A DNA stretch of 45,904 nucleotides from positions 1 to 45,904 of the forward strand of contig JAIFLQ010000017.1 in the NCBI GenBank assembly GCA_020048975.1. Direction: 5' to 3'. The notes beneath the pieces are model-generated. The model worked only from the letters and a program-made list of their open reading frames with translations, did not search any database and was not told the origin of the DNA. Origin of the DNA: Rickettsia sp. (lineage in GTDB: Bacteria; Pseudomonadota; Alphaproteobacteria; Rickettsiales; Rickettsiaceae). The position numbers and the translations under genes are program-made. Every line of letters begins with the position of its first letter. Position 1 is the stretch's first letter. Below, piece after piece: positions 8,231-17,894 of this stretch.

Positions 8231-10624
8231 ATGAAACTAGTAATTGTTGAATCACCTGCGAAAGCAAAAACTATAAATAAATATTTAGGCAATGAATATA
8301 AAGTTATAGCCTCATTTGGCCATATTAGAGACTTACCATCAAAAAATGGCTCTGTGTTACCAGACGAAGATTTTACAATGAAATATGAAATTTCTGATAA
8401 ATCCTCTAAATACGTCAATGAAATAATTAGTTCGGCAAAAAATGCTAGTGAGATTTATCTAGCAACCGATCCTGACCGCGAAGGCGAGTCTATTTCTTGG
8501 CACATAATGGAAGTCTTGAAATTAAAAAAAGTAATCAAGGATGATAACAAATTTAAACGTATCGCTTTTAATGAAATTACTAAAAAAGCCGTGCTTGACG
8601 CGGTAGCCAATCCCCGAAATGTGGACAGCAACCTAGTCAATGCTCAACAAGCAAGAAGAGCTTTGGACTATTTAGTTGGCTTTACGCTATCGCCAATTTT
8701 ATGGCGTAAATTACCAGGATGTAAATCAGCTGGACGCGTTCAGTCTGTTGCACTTCGTTTGATTTGCGAAAGGGAAAATGAGATTGAGCGTTTTATATCT
8801 AGAGAATTTTGGGATATTAAACTTGATGTGCTTGGTAGCAACAAAGACCCTTTTGTTGCTAAAATAACCTATATAAATAATGAGAAACTAGAAAAATTTT
8901 CCATTACCAATCAAGAACAAGCTGACGAAATAGTTGAGAAACTAAAACTCAGGAAATTTCATGTTTCATCTATTGAGAAGAAAAAGCAAAAAAGAAACCC
9001 TTCTGCTCCATTTATTACATCTTCCCTGCAGCAAGAAGCTTCAAGAAAACTTGGATTCAGCGCCAAGAAAACGATGCAAGTTGCTCAGAAATTGTATGAG
9101 GGTATAGATCTTGGTGGCGAAACTATAGGACTTATTACCTATATGAGAACGGACGGTGTAACACTTGCTAATGATGCTGTAACTAACATAAGAGAACTTA
9201 TTGAAAAGAAATATGGTAGCAATTATTTACCAGCTAAACCTATTATCTATAAATCTAAATCTAAAAATGCCCAAGAAGCTCATGAAGCAATAAGACCTAC
9301 AGATGTTAATCTGATACCTGAAAAAGTAGCTAAAAATTTAGATACTGATCAATTAAAGCTTTATGATTTAATCTGGAAAAGAACAGTTGCTTGCCAAATG
9401 GAAGCTGTAATTATCGACATGGTAGGAGCTGATCTTATATCCGATGATAAAAACTTCGTAGCAAGAGCTACGGGCTCCACAATTGCATTTGACGGTTTTT
9501 ACAAAATTTACCAAGAAGGACTCGACGACAATAAAGAGGAAAGTAGCAAAATGTTGCCTCCTTTAACAGAAGGGGAAAAAATTACTACCAAAAAGGTGAA
9601 TCCAGAACAACATTTTACAGAACCACCACCAAGATATTCCGAAGCAACTTTAGTGAAAAAATTGGAAGAACTCGGTATTGGTAGGCCATCAACTTATGCA
9701 ACAATAATTTCTGTATTACAAGATAGAAAATACGCCGTTACTGAGAAAAAAAGATTCGTGCCAAGTGAGCTTGGTAGATTTTTGACTGCATTTTTAGTTG
9801 GGTTTTTTGAAAAATATGTACAATATGATTTTACTGCCGAGCTGGAAGCCGACCTTGACAAAATTGCCGATGGCACCATAGCTTGGAAGTCTTTATTATC
9901 TGAATTTTGGAATGGATTTAATGATAATATTAACAAGGTTAGTGATCGAAAAATAGGCGAGGTAATAGAATACGTCGAAAAATCTCTTGATTACCATTTA
10001 TTTGGCGATAAAGAGGCTAATGAAGAAACATATAAGAAAAACAAAAAATGTCCATCATGCCTTGATGGGATGTTAAGTTTAAAACTTGGGAAATTTGGAG
10101 CTTTTTTGGCATGTAATAATTATCCAACTTGTACGTATAAAAAACAAATTTCAAAAACTACAGATCAAGGTGCTGATGAGGATACATCAGGAGCGAATCC
10201 AGCAGATAATAATAAGGAACTCGGAACTGACACAGATGGTACAATTGTAACACTAAGGAAAGGTCCTTACGGCTGGTATGTACAGCTTGGAGAAGCAGCC
10301 TCTGCTAAAGAAAAACCAAAAAGATCAACTATTCCATCAACTATACCACCAGATACCCTAACCCTAGAAACAGCTTTAAAATTACTAAACTTGCCTATTC
10401 CAGTTGGATCTCATTTAAACTCTGGAGAAGAGGTTCTTATGGGCATAGGTCGTTTTGGTCCATATTTAAAGCATCAAAACAAATTTACCTCTATTCCTAA
10501 AAAGATAGATCCATTTAGCATTGATATCGAGCAAGCAACTTTGCTAATTGACCAAAAAAGCCAAAAGAGTGCAACAGAAGCTAAAGATCCAAAAGCAAAA
10601 ACTCCCAAAAAAAGTAAAAAATGA
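8231..10624 (+). CDS. topA: DNA topoisomerase I
   Basis: IVESPAKAKTI, ATDPDREGE, SAGRVQS, LITYMRTD, AHEAIRPT, one zinc ribbon plus GPYG/GRFGPY repeats. Confidence 0.98.
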   Translation: MKLVIVESPAKAKTINKYLGNEYKVIASFGHIRDLPSKNGSVLPDEDFTMKYEISDKSSKYVNEIISSAKNASEIYLATDPDREGESISWHIMEVLKLKKVIKDDNKFKRIAFNEITKKAVLDAVANPRNVDSNLVNAQQARRALDYLVGFTLSPILWRKLPGCKSAGRVQSVALRLICERENEIERFISREFWDIKLDVLGSNKDPFVAKITYINNEKLEKFSITNQEQADEIVEKLKLRKFHVSSIEKKKQKRNPSAPFITSSLQQEASRKLGFSAKKTMQVAQKLYEGIDLGGETIGLITYMRTDGVTLANDAVTNIRELIEKKYGSNYLPAKPIIYKSKSKNAQEAHEAIRPTDVNLIPEKVAKNLDTDQLKLYDLIWKRTVACQMEAVIIDMVGADLISDDKNFVARATGSTIAFDGFYKIYQEGLDDNKEESSKMLPPLTEGEKITTKKVNPEQHFTEPPPRYSEATLVKKLEELGIGRPSTYATIISVLQDRKYAVTEKKRFVPSELGRFLTAFLVGFFEKYVQYDFTAELEADLDKIADGTIAWKSLLSEFWNGFNDNINKVSDRKIGEVIEYVEKSLDYHLFGDKEANEETYKKNKKCPSCLDGMLSLKLGKFGAFLACNNYPTCTYKKQISKTTDQGADEDTSGANPADNNKELGTDTDGTIVTLRKGPYGWYVQLGEAASAKEKPKRSTIPSTIPPDTLTLETALKLLNLPIPVGSHLNSGEEVLMGIGRFGPYLKHQNKFTSIPKKIDPFSIDIEQATLLIDQKSQKSATEAKDPKAKTPKKSKK

Positions 10625-10653
10625 GTATCTGTTAAAGTAGTTGGCTTAAAAAT

Positions 10654-10736
10654 CGTCACCGAAATTATGAACTTTTACAGCAATGAAAGGGTTTGGTCAT
10701 CACGAGTGAATGCGAAGTGATCTATGGCTTTATGGG
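10654..10736. repeat. 32-bp repeat (inverted partner of 3161-3192) plus half of a family A element
   Basis: gtcatcacgagtgaatgcgaagtgatctatggctttatgg is nearly identical to 23499-23538. Confidence 0.75.
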
Positions 10737-10783
10737 TTTGTTAATCAATGTTTACTAAGGTTAGCCATTTTGGAGCTATAGCC

Positions 10784-11197
10784 CTAGTACTTTAATATTT
10801 CTAATGCCCTGCATAAATTATCTATATTAATTTTTAAAGTATCAGGATCATAATGTACAAATTCACTTCCCCAAACAGTTTTAGGAAATAACGCATCAGT
10901 TCTAAATCTTGCTATAATATGCATATGGAACTGCGAAACAATATTACCAATTGTTGCAATATTTAGCTTATCAGATTTAAATAAATCTTGCATTATACTA
11001 GCTACATTTTTTACTTCCGTATTTAGCAAAGCATAATCTGTTTTACTAAAATCAGTAATTTCTACTATATCATTTTTCATAGGCACTAAAATAACCCATG
11101 GATAATTACAATTATCCATTAATCGCACCTGACACAATTTTAGTTCTGTTAAATAATGACTATCTCTGCTCAGAACTTTATCTAACTTAAACCCCAT
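10784..11197 (-). CDS. HIT family hydrolase
   Basis: YPWVILVP and LNIATIGNIVSQFHMHIIARF. Confidence 0.9.
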   Translation of the reverse strand: MGFKLDKVLSRDSHYLTELKLCQVRLMDNCNYPWVILVPMKNDIVEITDFSKTDYALLNTEVKNVASIMQDLFKSDKLNIATIGNIVSQFHMHIIARFRTDALFPKTVWGSEFVHYDPDTLKINIDNLCRALEILKY

Positions 11198-11211
11198 AAT
11201 ATTTTTGCATC

Positions 11212-12204
11212 TTAATTAAAGAATCTTTTTTTTACAATTTCAGCCACTTTATCTATTTCGTGTAATGGTTCATAATTATATTTATCTAGAAAAGTTGTGT
11301 TATAGTCTAACATTTTTACGATACTAAGGTCGACAAGTTGTTGAATAAAAAATCTATGTTTCTTAAGTTTAAAGCTTTCTGGGCAAAATACGTAAATTGG
11401 CTTACCTGTACTTGCTGCCTCACTACACATAGAAATTGAATCAGCCGTAGTAATTATATATTCTCCTTCTCCTATAAGACCAGGATATGGATTTGGCAAA
11501 TTTTCTTCTGGATCATATAATATATGAGGGCTTAATAATTTTTTTTTGAAGATTAGTTTTACTTGTTTAGGAGTTCTTCTGCTAAAAGTTACAAAAAGTG
11601 GTATAGAGTGATTGTCTGATATAGAACGAATTATATCAGAGAGTGATTCCGCATCATCAATACTAAAATTATATTTCTTAGTTGATCCCCCAATAATAAC
11701 AGCAATAAATTTTTTTACTTTTGGATAGTTATTTCGTAGCAAAGATTTTGCTTCAACCATAGATTTTTGCACATCATTTAAAGCACCAATTATTCTCACT
11801 ATATTAGGTAATATATAATTATAATTATCATGTTGCGGTAGTATTATTAAATCAAACTCTTTTGGACTTAAATTAGGACGCATAATTTGGATAATCTTAG
11901 TTTGATTTTTAAATATTTTTTTTAAGTAAATAGCTAAAGGAGCGGTTCTTCTACCAGAAGATATAATAATATCTGGTGCATCTTGCATTTTTAAACTATC
12001 GAGCAATGATTTTTTTACATATATTGGCCAAAATCCTAGTAAAAAATTTGGCAACATTGCTAAAATGTTATAATGAAACTTTTTCACTTGATAACCAACA
12101 CCAAGTTTAGAGGCTAGAGCCAAAGCTTGGTTAGCATTTCCTGTACGTTTATCGATTAATACCCAAATTTTTGGATGTGATATATTTTTTAAATCTGTAG
12201 TCAT
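11212..12204 (-). CDS. ELM1/GtrOC1 (mitochondrial fission ELM1-like) family protein
   Basis: G..NQALALA, FDLIILPQHD, TFSRRTP, NPY, TADSISMCSEAASTGKP. Confidence 0.9.
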   Translation of the reverse strand: MTTDLKNISHPKIWVLIDKRTGNANQALALASKLGVGYQVKKFHYNILAMLPNFLLGFWPIYVKKSLLDSLKMQDAPDIIISSGRRTAPLAIYLKKIFKNQTKIIQIMRPNLSPKEFDLIILPQHDNYNYILPNIVRIIGALNDVQKSMVEAKSLLRNNYPKVKKFIAVIIGGSTKKYNFSIDDAESLSDIIRSISDNHSIPLFVTFSRRTPKQVKLIFKKKLLSPHILYDPEENLPNPYPGLIGEGEYIITTADSISMCSEAASTGKPIYVFCPESFKLKKHRFFIQQLVDLSIVKMLDYNTTFLDKYNYEPLHEIDKVAEIVKKRFFN

Positions 12205-12494
12205 ATTAATTCATGTTAATATTTAGTCTAAACAAGAAACCAAAAAAATAGCTACTAATTATGCTGTTCTAAACCTTTTTGTATTAGAATGTACAACACC
12301 AAATTATGATATTTATACCACACAAGACCTCGCAGACATTCATTAAGGCAATTTCTTACAATGTTAGGGTTTATTATAACAAATAAATTGCTATAATTCA
12401 TTATTATTATCTTGTACTGAGATTAATATAAAGTGAGTTAGAAATCAGTATTTGAAATAATAAGTTTTTAAGTTAATTTATGGAGATTCTAGTT

Positions 12495-12938
12495 ATGATA
12501 AAAAAAATTGCATTAGCTTTCTGCGCAATGCTTCTACTTGCTGGTTGTAGTTCTTCTGCAGGAAAGCATGGAAGCGCTAATAATTCCCAAATCATGGAAT
12601 TTGAAAAAGAAATTGGAGATAGAATATTCTTCGCGTATGATAGTTCTTCACTCTCGCATGAAGCACAACAAACTTTGACACGCCAAGCAACATGGTTAAA
12701 AGGGCATCCAAGTTTTAACATGACTGTTGAAGGTCATTGTGATGAAAGAGGAACAAGGGAATACAACATTGCTTTAGGAGAAAGAAGAGCTCACGCTGTT
12801 AAAAGTTTCTTAATAAAGCATGGTGTTGATTCAAACCGTGTTGAAACTATTTCCTACGGTAAAGAAAGACCAGCTGTTATTGGTGATAACGAAGCAGCAT
12901 GGAGTAAAAATCGTAGAGGTGTAACTGCTCTTAGATAA
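12495..12938 (+). CDS. pal: Peptidoglycan-associated lipoprotein
   Basis: Lipobox LAGC; EGHCDERGTREYNIALGERRA; ISYGKERP; SD-like GGAG upstream of ATG 12495. Confidence 0.96.
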   Translation: MIKKIALAFCAMLLLAGCSSSAGKHGSANNSQIMEFEKEIGDRIFFAYDSSSLSHEAQQTLTRQATWLKGHPSFNMTVEGHCDERGTREYNIALGERRAHAVKSFLIKHGVDSNRVETISYGKERPAVIGDNEAAWSKNRRGVTALR

Positions 12939-12960
12939 GCTAAATAAATCTCGTTGATTT

Positions 12961-13000
12961 AAAAAGGCTAGCTAAAAATATTTAGCTAGCCTTTTTTTTT
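12961..13000 (+). terminator. Rho-independent terminator, probably bidirectional
   Basis: aaaaa-ggctagctaaa-aata-tttagctagcc-T9 directly after pal. Confidence 0.9.
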
Positions 13001-13003
13001 ATG

Positions 13004-13131
13004 TCAGGTAGCCATTATACTGAAAGGTTTCTTGCGCTTCTATACAAATTTATGAACTAAGATTTTACTTTTTACAACTGCCTTGCATCTCCTTATTTAA
13101 GTTCAAAAACTCTTTACCCTCTTGAATCCAT
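13004..13131 (-). pseudogene. Possible decayed RelE/HigB (Gp49-like) toxin remnant
   Basis: Broken frames read RVFELK*GDAR and VVKSKILVHKFV*KRKKP, resembling the LFELR..G.AR and IVMLHSFVKKTQKTP motifs. Confidence 0.3.
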
Positions 13132-13375
13132 TATATTTTCAAGGTTTGCAGTGTTTTAAAAAACCTTAAACTCTTACTATTTTAAGATACATATCATATC
13201 TGTTGTTTTAGATATATATAGTAGGAAGTATTACTAGTGATAAAAAATTAAGATAATGGTCTATTGCCAGAAAAATTCCTTTTTTACGCAGGTAGGAACG
13301 AGGTTATAGGTTCACGAAAAAGGAGAAAAACCATTTTTACCGTAGCTCTAAAATTTATAAACCGAACACTTACCC

Positions 13376-13481
13376 CATCTGGCGAGGAGCGCTAGCGACT
13401 TGGGCATCTATTAATGCTGGATTACCACGCTCACAGCATGTTCGCTCGTGATTGCCCCCCCTTTCGCCATGACGACAAGGG
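13376..13481. repeat. Degenerate RPE/CGTC-type palindromic element (family A)
   Basis: tggcgaggagcgctagcgac matches the reverse complement of 23546-23565; atgacgacaaggg matches the reverse complement of 23491-23503. Confidence 0.8.
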
Positions 13482-13520
13482 CCAGCAATTAGCCTAGCTT
13501 TAGCAGATATTCTTTTATAA

Positions 13521-15074
13521 TTATTTCTCTATTTCTTGAAAAGAACCAAGTTCGCTATAAATATTTTCTAAATATAATGAGTTTTTAGTTAAATTTATTC
13601 TCGGTGATTTGTCATATTGCAGAGCAACCATTCTAGCATGCTCCAGCAGACTCTTAGCTTTTTCTATATCATTAAATGCTTTGTAATAATAGTTACCTAG
13701 TATATTTTGAATGCTAAAAATAGATTCTTTGGAAAAAAGATGCTCATATTCTAATAACGACTCAAGGTGGGCTGATAGCACCTGTTGTTTCTTGCGATCT
13801 TTATTTAAGGCTAATTCACTTTCCATATAATTTACTAAGGCAGGAATTATAGTATCATAATATTCATTTGGGATAATTTTATGTACGTAGTGAAATATTA
13901 TAGATTGAATAGAAGAATGAATAGAAATTACTTTCCCTAAGTTATTATCATCTTCAGTTATTAGAGAAAATTTTTGCATTTCGTTTATAAAATTATGCGA
14001 AGCAATATCTCCACAACACGCTATAAGCAGATCTTTTGGAATATTTTCTGCATTTAATATACTAGACAATAATAATAATTTATCTAAATCTTTATTTGAA
14101 TCAATTATTTTTTTTAAAGATAATTCGATTATGTAACTTCTAGTTTTTGTATAATTAGTAATAGCTCCTAAAATAGATTTTTGTGTATTAGCGAAATTTT
14201 GATCTTCATCTGCAATATATTGCAGATATTTAGCATATTCAGTGCCAGTATTCTTTATATAATATGCAGCTTGCGTAATATCTAATGGAAATGGTGGGAT
14301 ATTTTCTAAAAAAAATCTAGTCTTTTTTTGATCCGCTACAGTAGAATTATTTTTATCTAAAATTGTAGTAAACAACTTAAATGATTCTTCCTCATTTAAT
14401 TTTGAAACATAAATTACATTATCCCTAGCAAAATAATTATTATTTATAATATTGCTATTTGTGGTAGTGATAATTACTTTTCCTTCACCCCAATCTTGTA
14501 AAGTACGAGGTAAATATTTTTGTATATCACTAAAATTTGTAACATTGTCATAAATTAAAATCCAATCTTTAAAGTGTGGAGCTTTACGTTTTAAAAATGA
14601 AAATGTCATGTATTCCTTTTTAAATAGATTAGTTATTTTTTGAATCTCATAAAAATCTGCTTTGTCTGCTTCATTTTCACACAAAGCATAAGCTAAACAT
14701 TCCAAAGAAGTAAATGTACTTTCAGCTGTTTCTGCATTAATTTTCCATACTATAGAGGTACCATGGCTATTAGCATATTGCTGAGCTAAGGTGGTTTTAC
14801 CAGATCCACCTATTCCAACTAGAGCTACAGTATTAATTGCATTAGAAACGCCAAGTAACTGATGCATTTTATTTAGAATAGAACTACGTTCTAGATAAAA
14901 ATTATTAGTCAGTACATCACCACTAGTTACTTGTAATGTATCGTGGTGACGAAGATAAGTATTAGTATAAATTAGCATTGTTATAAACAATATAAAAGCT
15001 AGAATTCCTGCAGAAATTATTTTTTTATTTTTAAATAATGATTTAGTTGGTTTCGTGATATTAATATTTGGATT
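13521..15074 (-). CDS. TM + NB-ARC (STAND) NTPase + short TPR; C-terminal part of a frameshifted gene
   Basis: Hydrophobic IISAGILAFILFITMLIY, Walker A GIGGSGKTTLA, Walker B WILIYDNV, VIITT, PFPLDI (GLPL-like), ISIHSSIQ (MHD-like), TPR-like LGNYY...EKAKSLLEHA. Confidence 0.85.
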   Translation of the reverse strand, partial: NPNINITKPTKSLFKNKKIISAGILAFILFITMLIYTNTYLRHHDTLQVTSGDVLTNNFYLERSSILNKMHQLLGVSNAINTVALVGIGGSGKTTLAQQYANSHGTSIVWKINAETAESTFTSLECLAYALCENEADKADFYEIQKITNLFKKEYMTFSFLKRKAPHFKDWILIYDNVTNFSDIQKYLPRTLQDWGEGKVIITTTNSNIINNNYFARDNVIYVSKLNEEESFKLFTTILDKNNSTVADQKKTRFFLENIPPFPLDITQAAYYIKNTGTEYAKYLQYIADEDQNFANTQKSILGAITNYTKTRSYIIELSLKKIIDSNKDLDKLLLLSSILNAENIPKDLLIACCGDIASHNFINEMQKFSLITEDDNNLGKVISIHSSIQSIIFHYVHKIIPNEYYDTIIPALVNYMESELALNKDRKKQQVLSAHLESLLEYEHLFSKESIFSIQNILGNYYYKAFNDIEKAKSLLEHARMVALQYDKSPRINLTKNSLYLENIYSELGSFQEIEK

Positions 15075-15756
15075 AAAAAAAACCATCCTTAATGTTTTGA
15101 GATTCACGGTTAAACGTATCTATTATTGTGCTAATTTCTGATTTTTGCGTTATTTTCAATAGCAGTTTTAATATATTTAATTCATAGTCTGCATTATTGC
15201 TAAAGTTAATATATTCGTGCGTTGTCTTTATTTTTATTTGATTCTCTAAGTTAAAACTAACATATATTATCTTTTTAAATTCGATAGGATGAAAATTAAA
15301 TGCTTTATCCTGTATGTATATATCAACAAGACTATTATTAGTTTCGCTGATTGTAACTCCAGAAACTTCGAGGCCTTTTTCAATTAATAGCTGATTAGCT
15401 TTGTTTTGCGATTGATTGATAATACAGCAATTATATTGTTTAAAAGCAAGTAAATATTTAATTTCTTTAAGCTTTTGCAAGAATAAACTTTGTATTAGCA
15501 ACTTACTGTAAATATTTTTTAGATCAGCTACTTTGTTTGACAATTCTAGAAAATCTATTATTTGCTCTTTTGTACAGCTTGAGAGCTTCATTTTTATATT
15601 CGCTATATGAGTTTCAACTGTCCTAGGAGAGATTGATAAAATTTCTGCAATTTTTTTTTCCCTTCTATTGTGTAATAGACAAGCTAATACATCCATTTCT
15701 CTAGAGGTAAAACGTATATCTGAGATAATATATAAGTTATTATTTATATTCTTGCC
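15073..15756 (-). CDS. LuxR-type HTH + TIR-like segment; N-terminal part of a frameshifted gene (start uncertain)
   Basis: The open frame extends upstream of ATG 15696 as IRFTSREMDVLACL..KKIAEILSISPRTVETHIANIKMKL. It ends in a T8 run where T7 would join it to the NB-ARC frame. Confidence 0.8.
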   Translation of the reverse strand, partial: GKNINNNLYIISDIRFTSREMDVLACLLHNRREKKIAEILSISPRTVETHIANIKMKLSSCTKEQIIDFLELSNKVADLKNIYSKLLIQSLFLQKLKEIKYLLAFKQYNCCIINQSQNKANQLLIEKGLEVSGVTISETNNSLVDIYIQDKAFNFHPIEFKKIIYVSFNLENQIKIKTTHEYINFSNNADYELNILKLLLKITQKSEISTIIDTFNRESQNIKDGFF

Positions 15757-15882
15757 CTATGTAATTAAAGTTCTTTTAATCGTATAACACAAAAATTCAA
15801 TTAAGTACAAATAAGAAATAACCTTAAGTACTACCTAAGGGGTTTATACGTATTAATTTCTAAGGCAAGGCCCAATAAGCTA

Positions 15883-15914
15883 AATAGATAAAAAAATAGG
15901 TTTTTTTATCTATT
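15883..15914. promoter_or_regulatory. 14-bp perfect inverted repeat in the divergent intergenic region
   Basis: aatagataaaaaaa-tagg-tttttttatctatt. Confidence 0.45.
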
Positions 15915-15996
15915 GTTATTACCAGGTAGATTATACCTATAGAATATTCGCATTTTTTTGGTAATACTCATAATTCATCAAGATATAGGAGTATTT

Positions 15997-16251
15997 ATGG
16001 AACAAAAAAAACGACAGCAGCTTGAAGATTTAATAGTCAAAGCATTTACACAGATTGGCGATGATTTGGGTGATTTACTTTATGATGAAGAAGTAATATT
16101 GATAAATGATAGTTTACATCAAAGTGCGAACATAGAAAAACACAATACTTGCCTAGCTAAAGAATTGGACTTAACTTTAGCAGAATCATATGAGCAATTG
16201 CTTGCTAAAATTATATTATGCTTAAAGGATCCATTTAAAATAAGCAATTAA
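15997..16251 (+). CDS. Hypothetical 84-aa protein
   Basis: AGGAG SD before ATG 15997; divergent from the LuxR/NB-ARC locus. Confidence 0.65.
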   Translation: MEQKKRQQLEDLIVKAFTQIGDDLGDLLYDEEVILINDSLHQSANIEKHNTCLAKELDLTLAESYEQLLAKIILCLKDPFKISN

Positions 16252-16290
16252 CCAAAATTACATGTTCCAAGAATTTATAGCTTTATTTGA

Positions 16291-17127
16291 TTAAAATTCT
16301 AAGATTATCATTTCTTCGGCTAAAGCAAAATAATCTTGAGGAGATAGATTTTCAGCCCGCAGAGTATCTGCAATAGAAAGTTTTTTTAATATGGAACTAA
16401 TATCTGGAGATAATAATTTCAAAGATGATTTGATCATCTTCCGACGACCTGAAAAAGCGATATTAGTAATTTTCTCAATTTTCAATAGCAAGTTTTGATT
16501 AGGTACATTTTCCTTAGGTTCTAATCTAACTACACTAGACCAAATTTTTGGTTCTGGATAAAAAGCTTTAGGGCTAACATCGAAACATTTTTCTACATTA
16601 CAAACAATTTGACAAATAACAGATAGCCTACCATAAGCCTTGGTACCTGGTTTGGCAACGATTCGATCTACTACCTCTTTTTGCAACATCAAGGTCATGC
16701 TGTTTAGCATTTGAAATTGATGCAACCATGCAATTAATAATACACTACCAATATTGTAAGGTAAGTTAGAAATTATATTTATCTTTTTATCAATGCTAAG
16801 ATCCTGTAGCTTTATCTTCAGAGCATCTGCATGTTTTATTGTAAGAGCTGGATAAATAGTTTTGATTTCATCAAGCAGTGGTATACATCTATCATCCATT
16901 TCTATAACTATTAGCTCCTTGGGAGATACGTTTAAAATCGATCTAGTAAGACCAGCCGGACCAGGACCTACTTCTAAAGCTATATCACCATTTTTTAGGC
17001 CACTTGCTCTAACAATCTTATCGCATAGACTTTCGTCGAATATAAAATTCTGACCAAGTTTCTTGAGAGGAGCAATCCCATGCTTACTTGCTAATTTAGC
17101 AATTGATGGCAGAGCCTCTTTATACAT
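16291..17127 (-). CDS. rsmA: 16S rRNA adenine dimethyltransferase
   Basis: [42 protein letters not shown] 17127 overlaps the end of iscA; the longer track ORF is over-extended. Confidence 0.96.
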   Translation of the reverse strand: MYKEALPSIAKLASKHGIAPLKKLGQNFIFDESLCDKIVRASGLKNGDIALEVGPGPAGLTRSILNVSPKELIVIEMDDRCIPLLDEIKTIYPALTIKHADALKIKLQDLSIDKKINIISNLPYNIGSVLLIAWLHQFQMLNSMTLMLQKEVVDRIVAKPGTKAYGRLSVICQIVCNVEKCFDVSPKAFYPEPKIWSSVVRLEPKENVPNQNLLLKIEKITNIAFSGRRKMIKSSLKLLSPDISSILKKLSIADTLRAENLSPQDYFALAEEMIILEF

Positions 17128-17485
17128 TAAAGGAGCTTCCACAACCACATTTCCCTTTTTCATTAGGATTGGAAAAAGTAAAACCAGATTTAAATTGCTC
17201 ACTAACGTAATCCATTTGAGTGCCAAGAAGATACATGAGAGCTTTTGGATCAATTAAAATAGTAATATCTTGATCTTGAACCACTTCATCATATTTTCCT
17301 TTTTCATCAGCATATTCTACGAAATATTTTAACCCAGAACAACCACCAGATTTAACACCAATTCTTATCCCAACAGATGGCTTCCCTCTCTTTTTAAGCA
17401 AATTTCTTACCTCATCAATAGCTCTATCGGTTAAAGCCATTACTTGTTTGTTTTGAGGTGAACTAGTTGGTAAAATAGCTTTCAT
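17120..17485 (-). CDS. iscA: Fe-S cluster assembly A-type carrier
   Basis: GGCSG and CGCGSSF motifs. Confidence 0.95.
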   Translation of the reverse strand: MKAILPTSSPQNKQVMALTDRAIDEVRNLLKKRGKPSVGIRIGVKSGGCSGLKYFVEYADEKGKYDEVVQDQDITILIDPKALMYLLGTQMDYVSEQFKSGFTFSNPNEKGKCGCGSSFNV

Positions 17486-17490
17486 GACTT

Positions 17491-17871
17491 TTAATTTTGC
17501 TTTTGTTTATAATCATTAATTGCTGCTTTAATAGCATCTTCAGCCAGCAGAGAACAGTGTAATTTTACTGGTGGAAGGGATAAATGCTTAGCAATTTCTG
17601 TGTTTTTTATCTCCATTGCTTCATCAATTTTTTTGCCCTTGACCCATTCACTTACAAGAGAGCTTGAAGCAATAGCTGATCCACATCCAAAAGCTTTGAA
17701 TTTTGCATCAGTTATTACGCCCTCATCATTCACTTTGATTTGCAGTTTTAATACATCTCCGCAAGCTGGCGCTCCAACTAAACCAGTGCCAACATTACTA
17801 TCTTGCTTGTCTAAAACTCCCACATTGCGTGGATTTTCATAATGATCGATTACTTCTTTGCTATATGCCAT
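17491..17871 (-). CDS. iscU: Fe-S scaffold protein
   Basis: GAPACGD, FGCGSAIASSS, LPPVKLHCS. Confidence 0.98.
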   Translation of the reverse strand: MAYSKEVIDHYENPRNVGVLDKQDSNVGTGLVGAPACGDVLKLQIKVNDEGVITDAKFKAFGCGSAIASSSLVSEWVKGKKIDEAMEIKNTEIAKHLSLPPVKLHCSLLAEDAIKAAINDYKQKQN

Positions 17872-17894
17872 AATTCTCTCTTTTTAGTTTTAAT

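Noticed and set aside
11212-12204. ELM1 (and RMD1 at 22592) as eukaryote-derived genes
   Set aside because: Both families are widespread in Alphaproteobacteria including Rickettsia; nothing here indicates recent transfer.
17128-17253. N-terminal extension of RsmA in the ORF track
   Set aside because: It overlaps iscA in another frame; RsmA similarity starts near ATG 17127.
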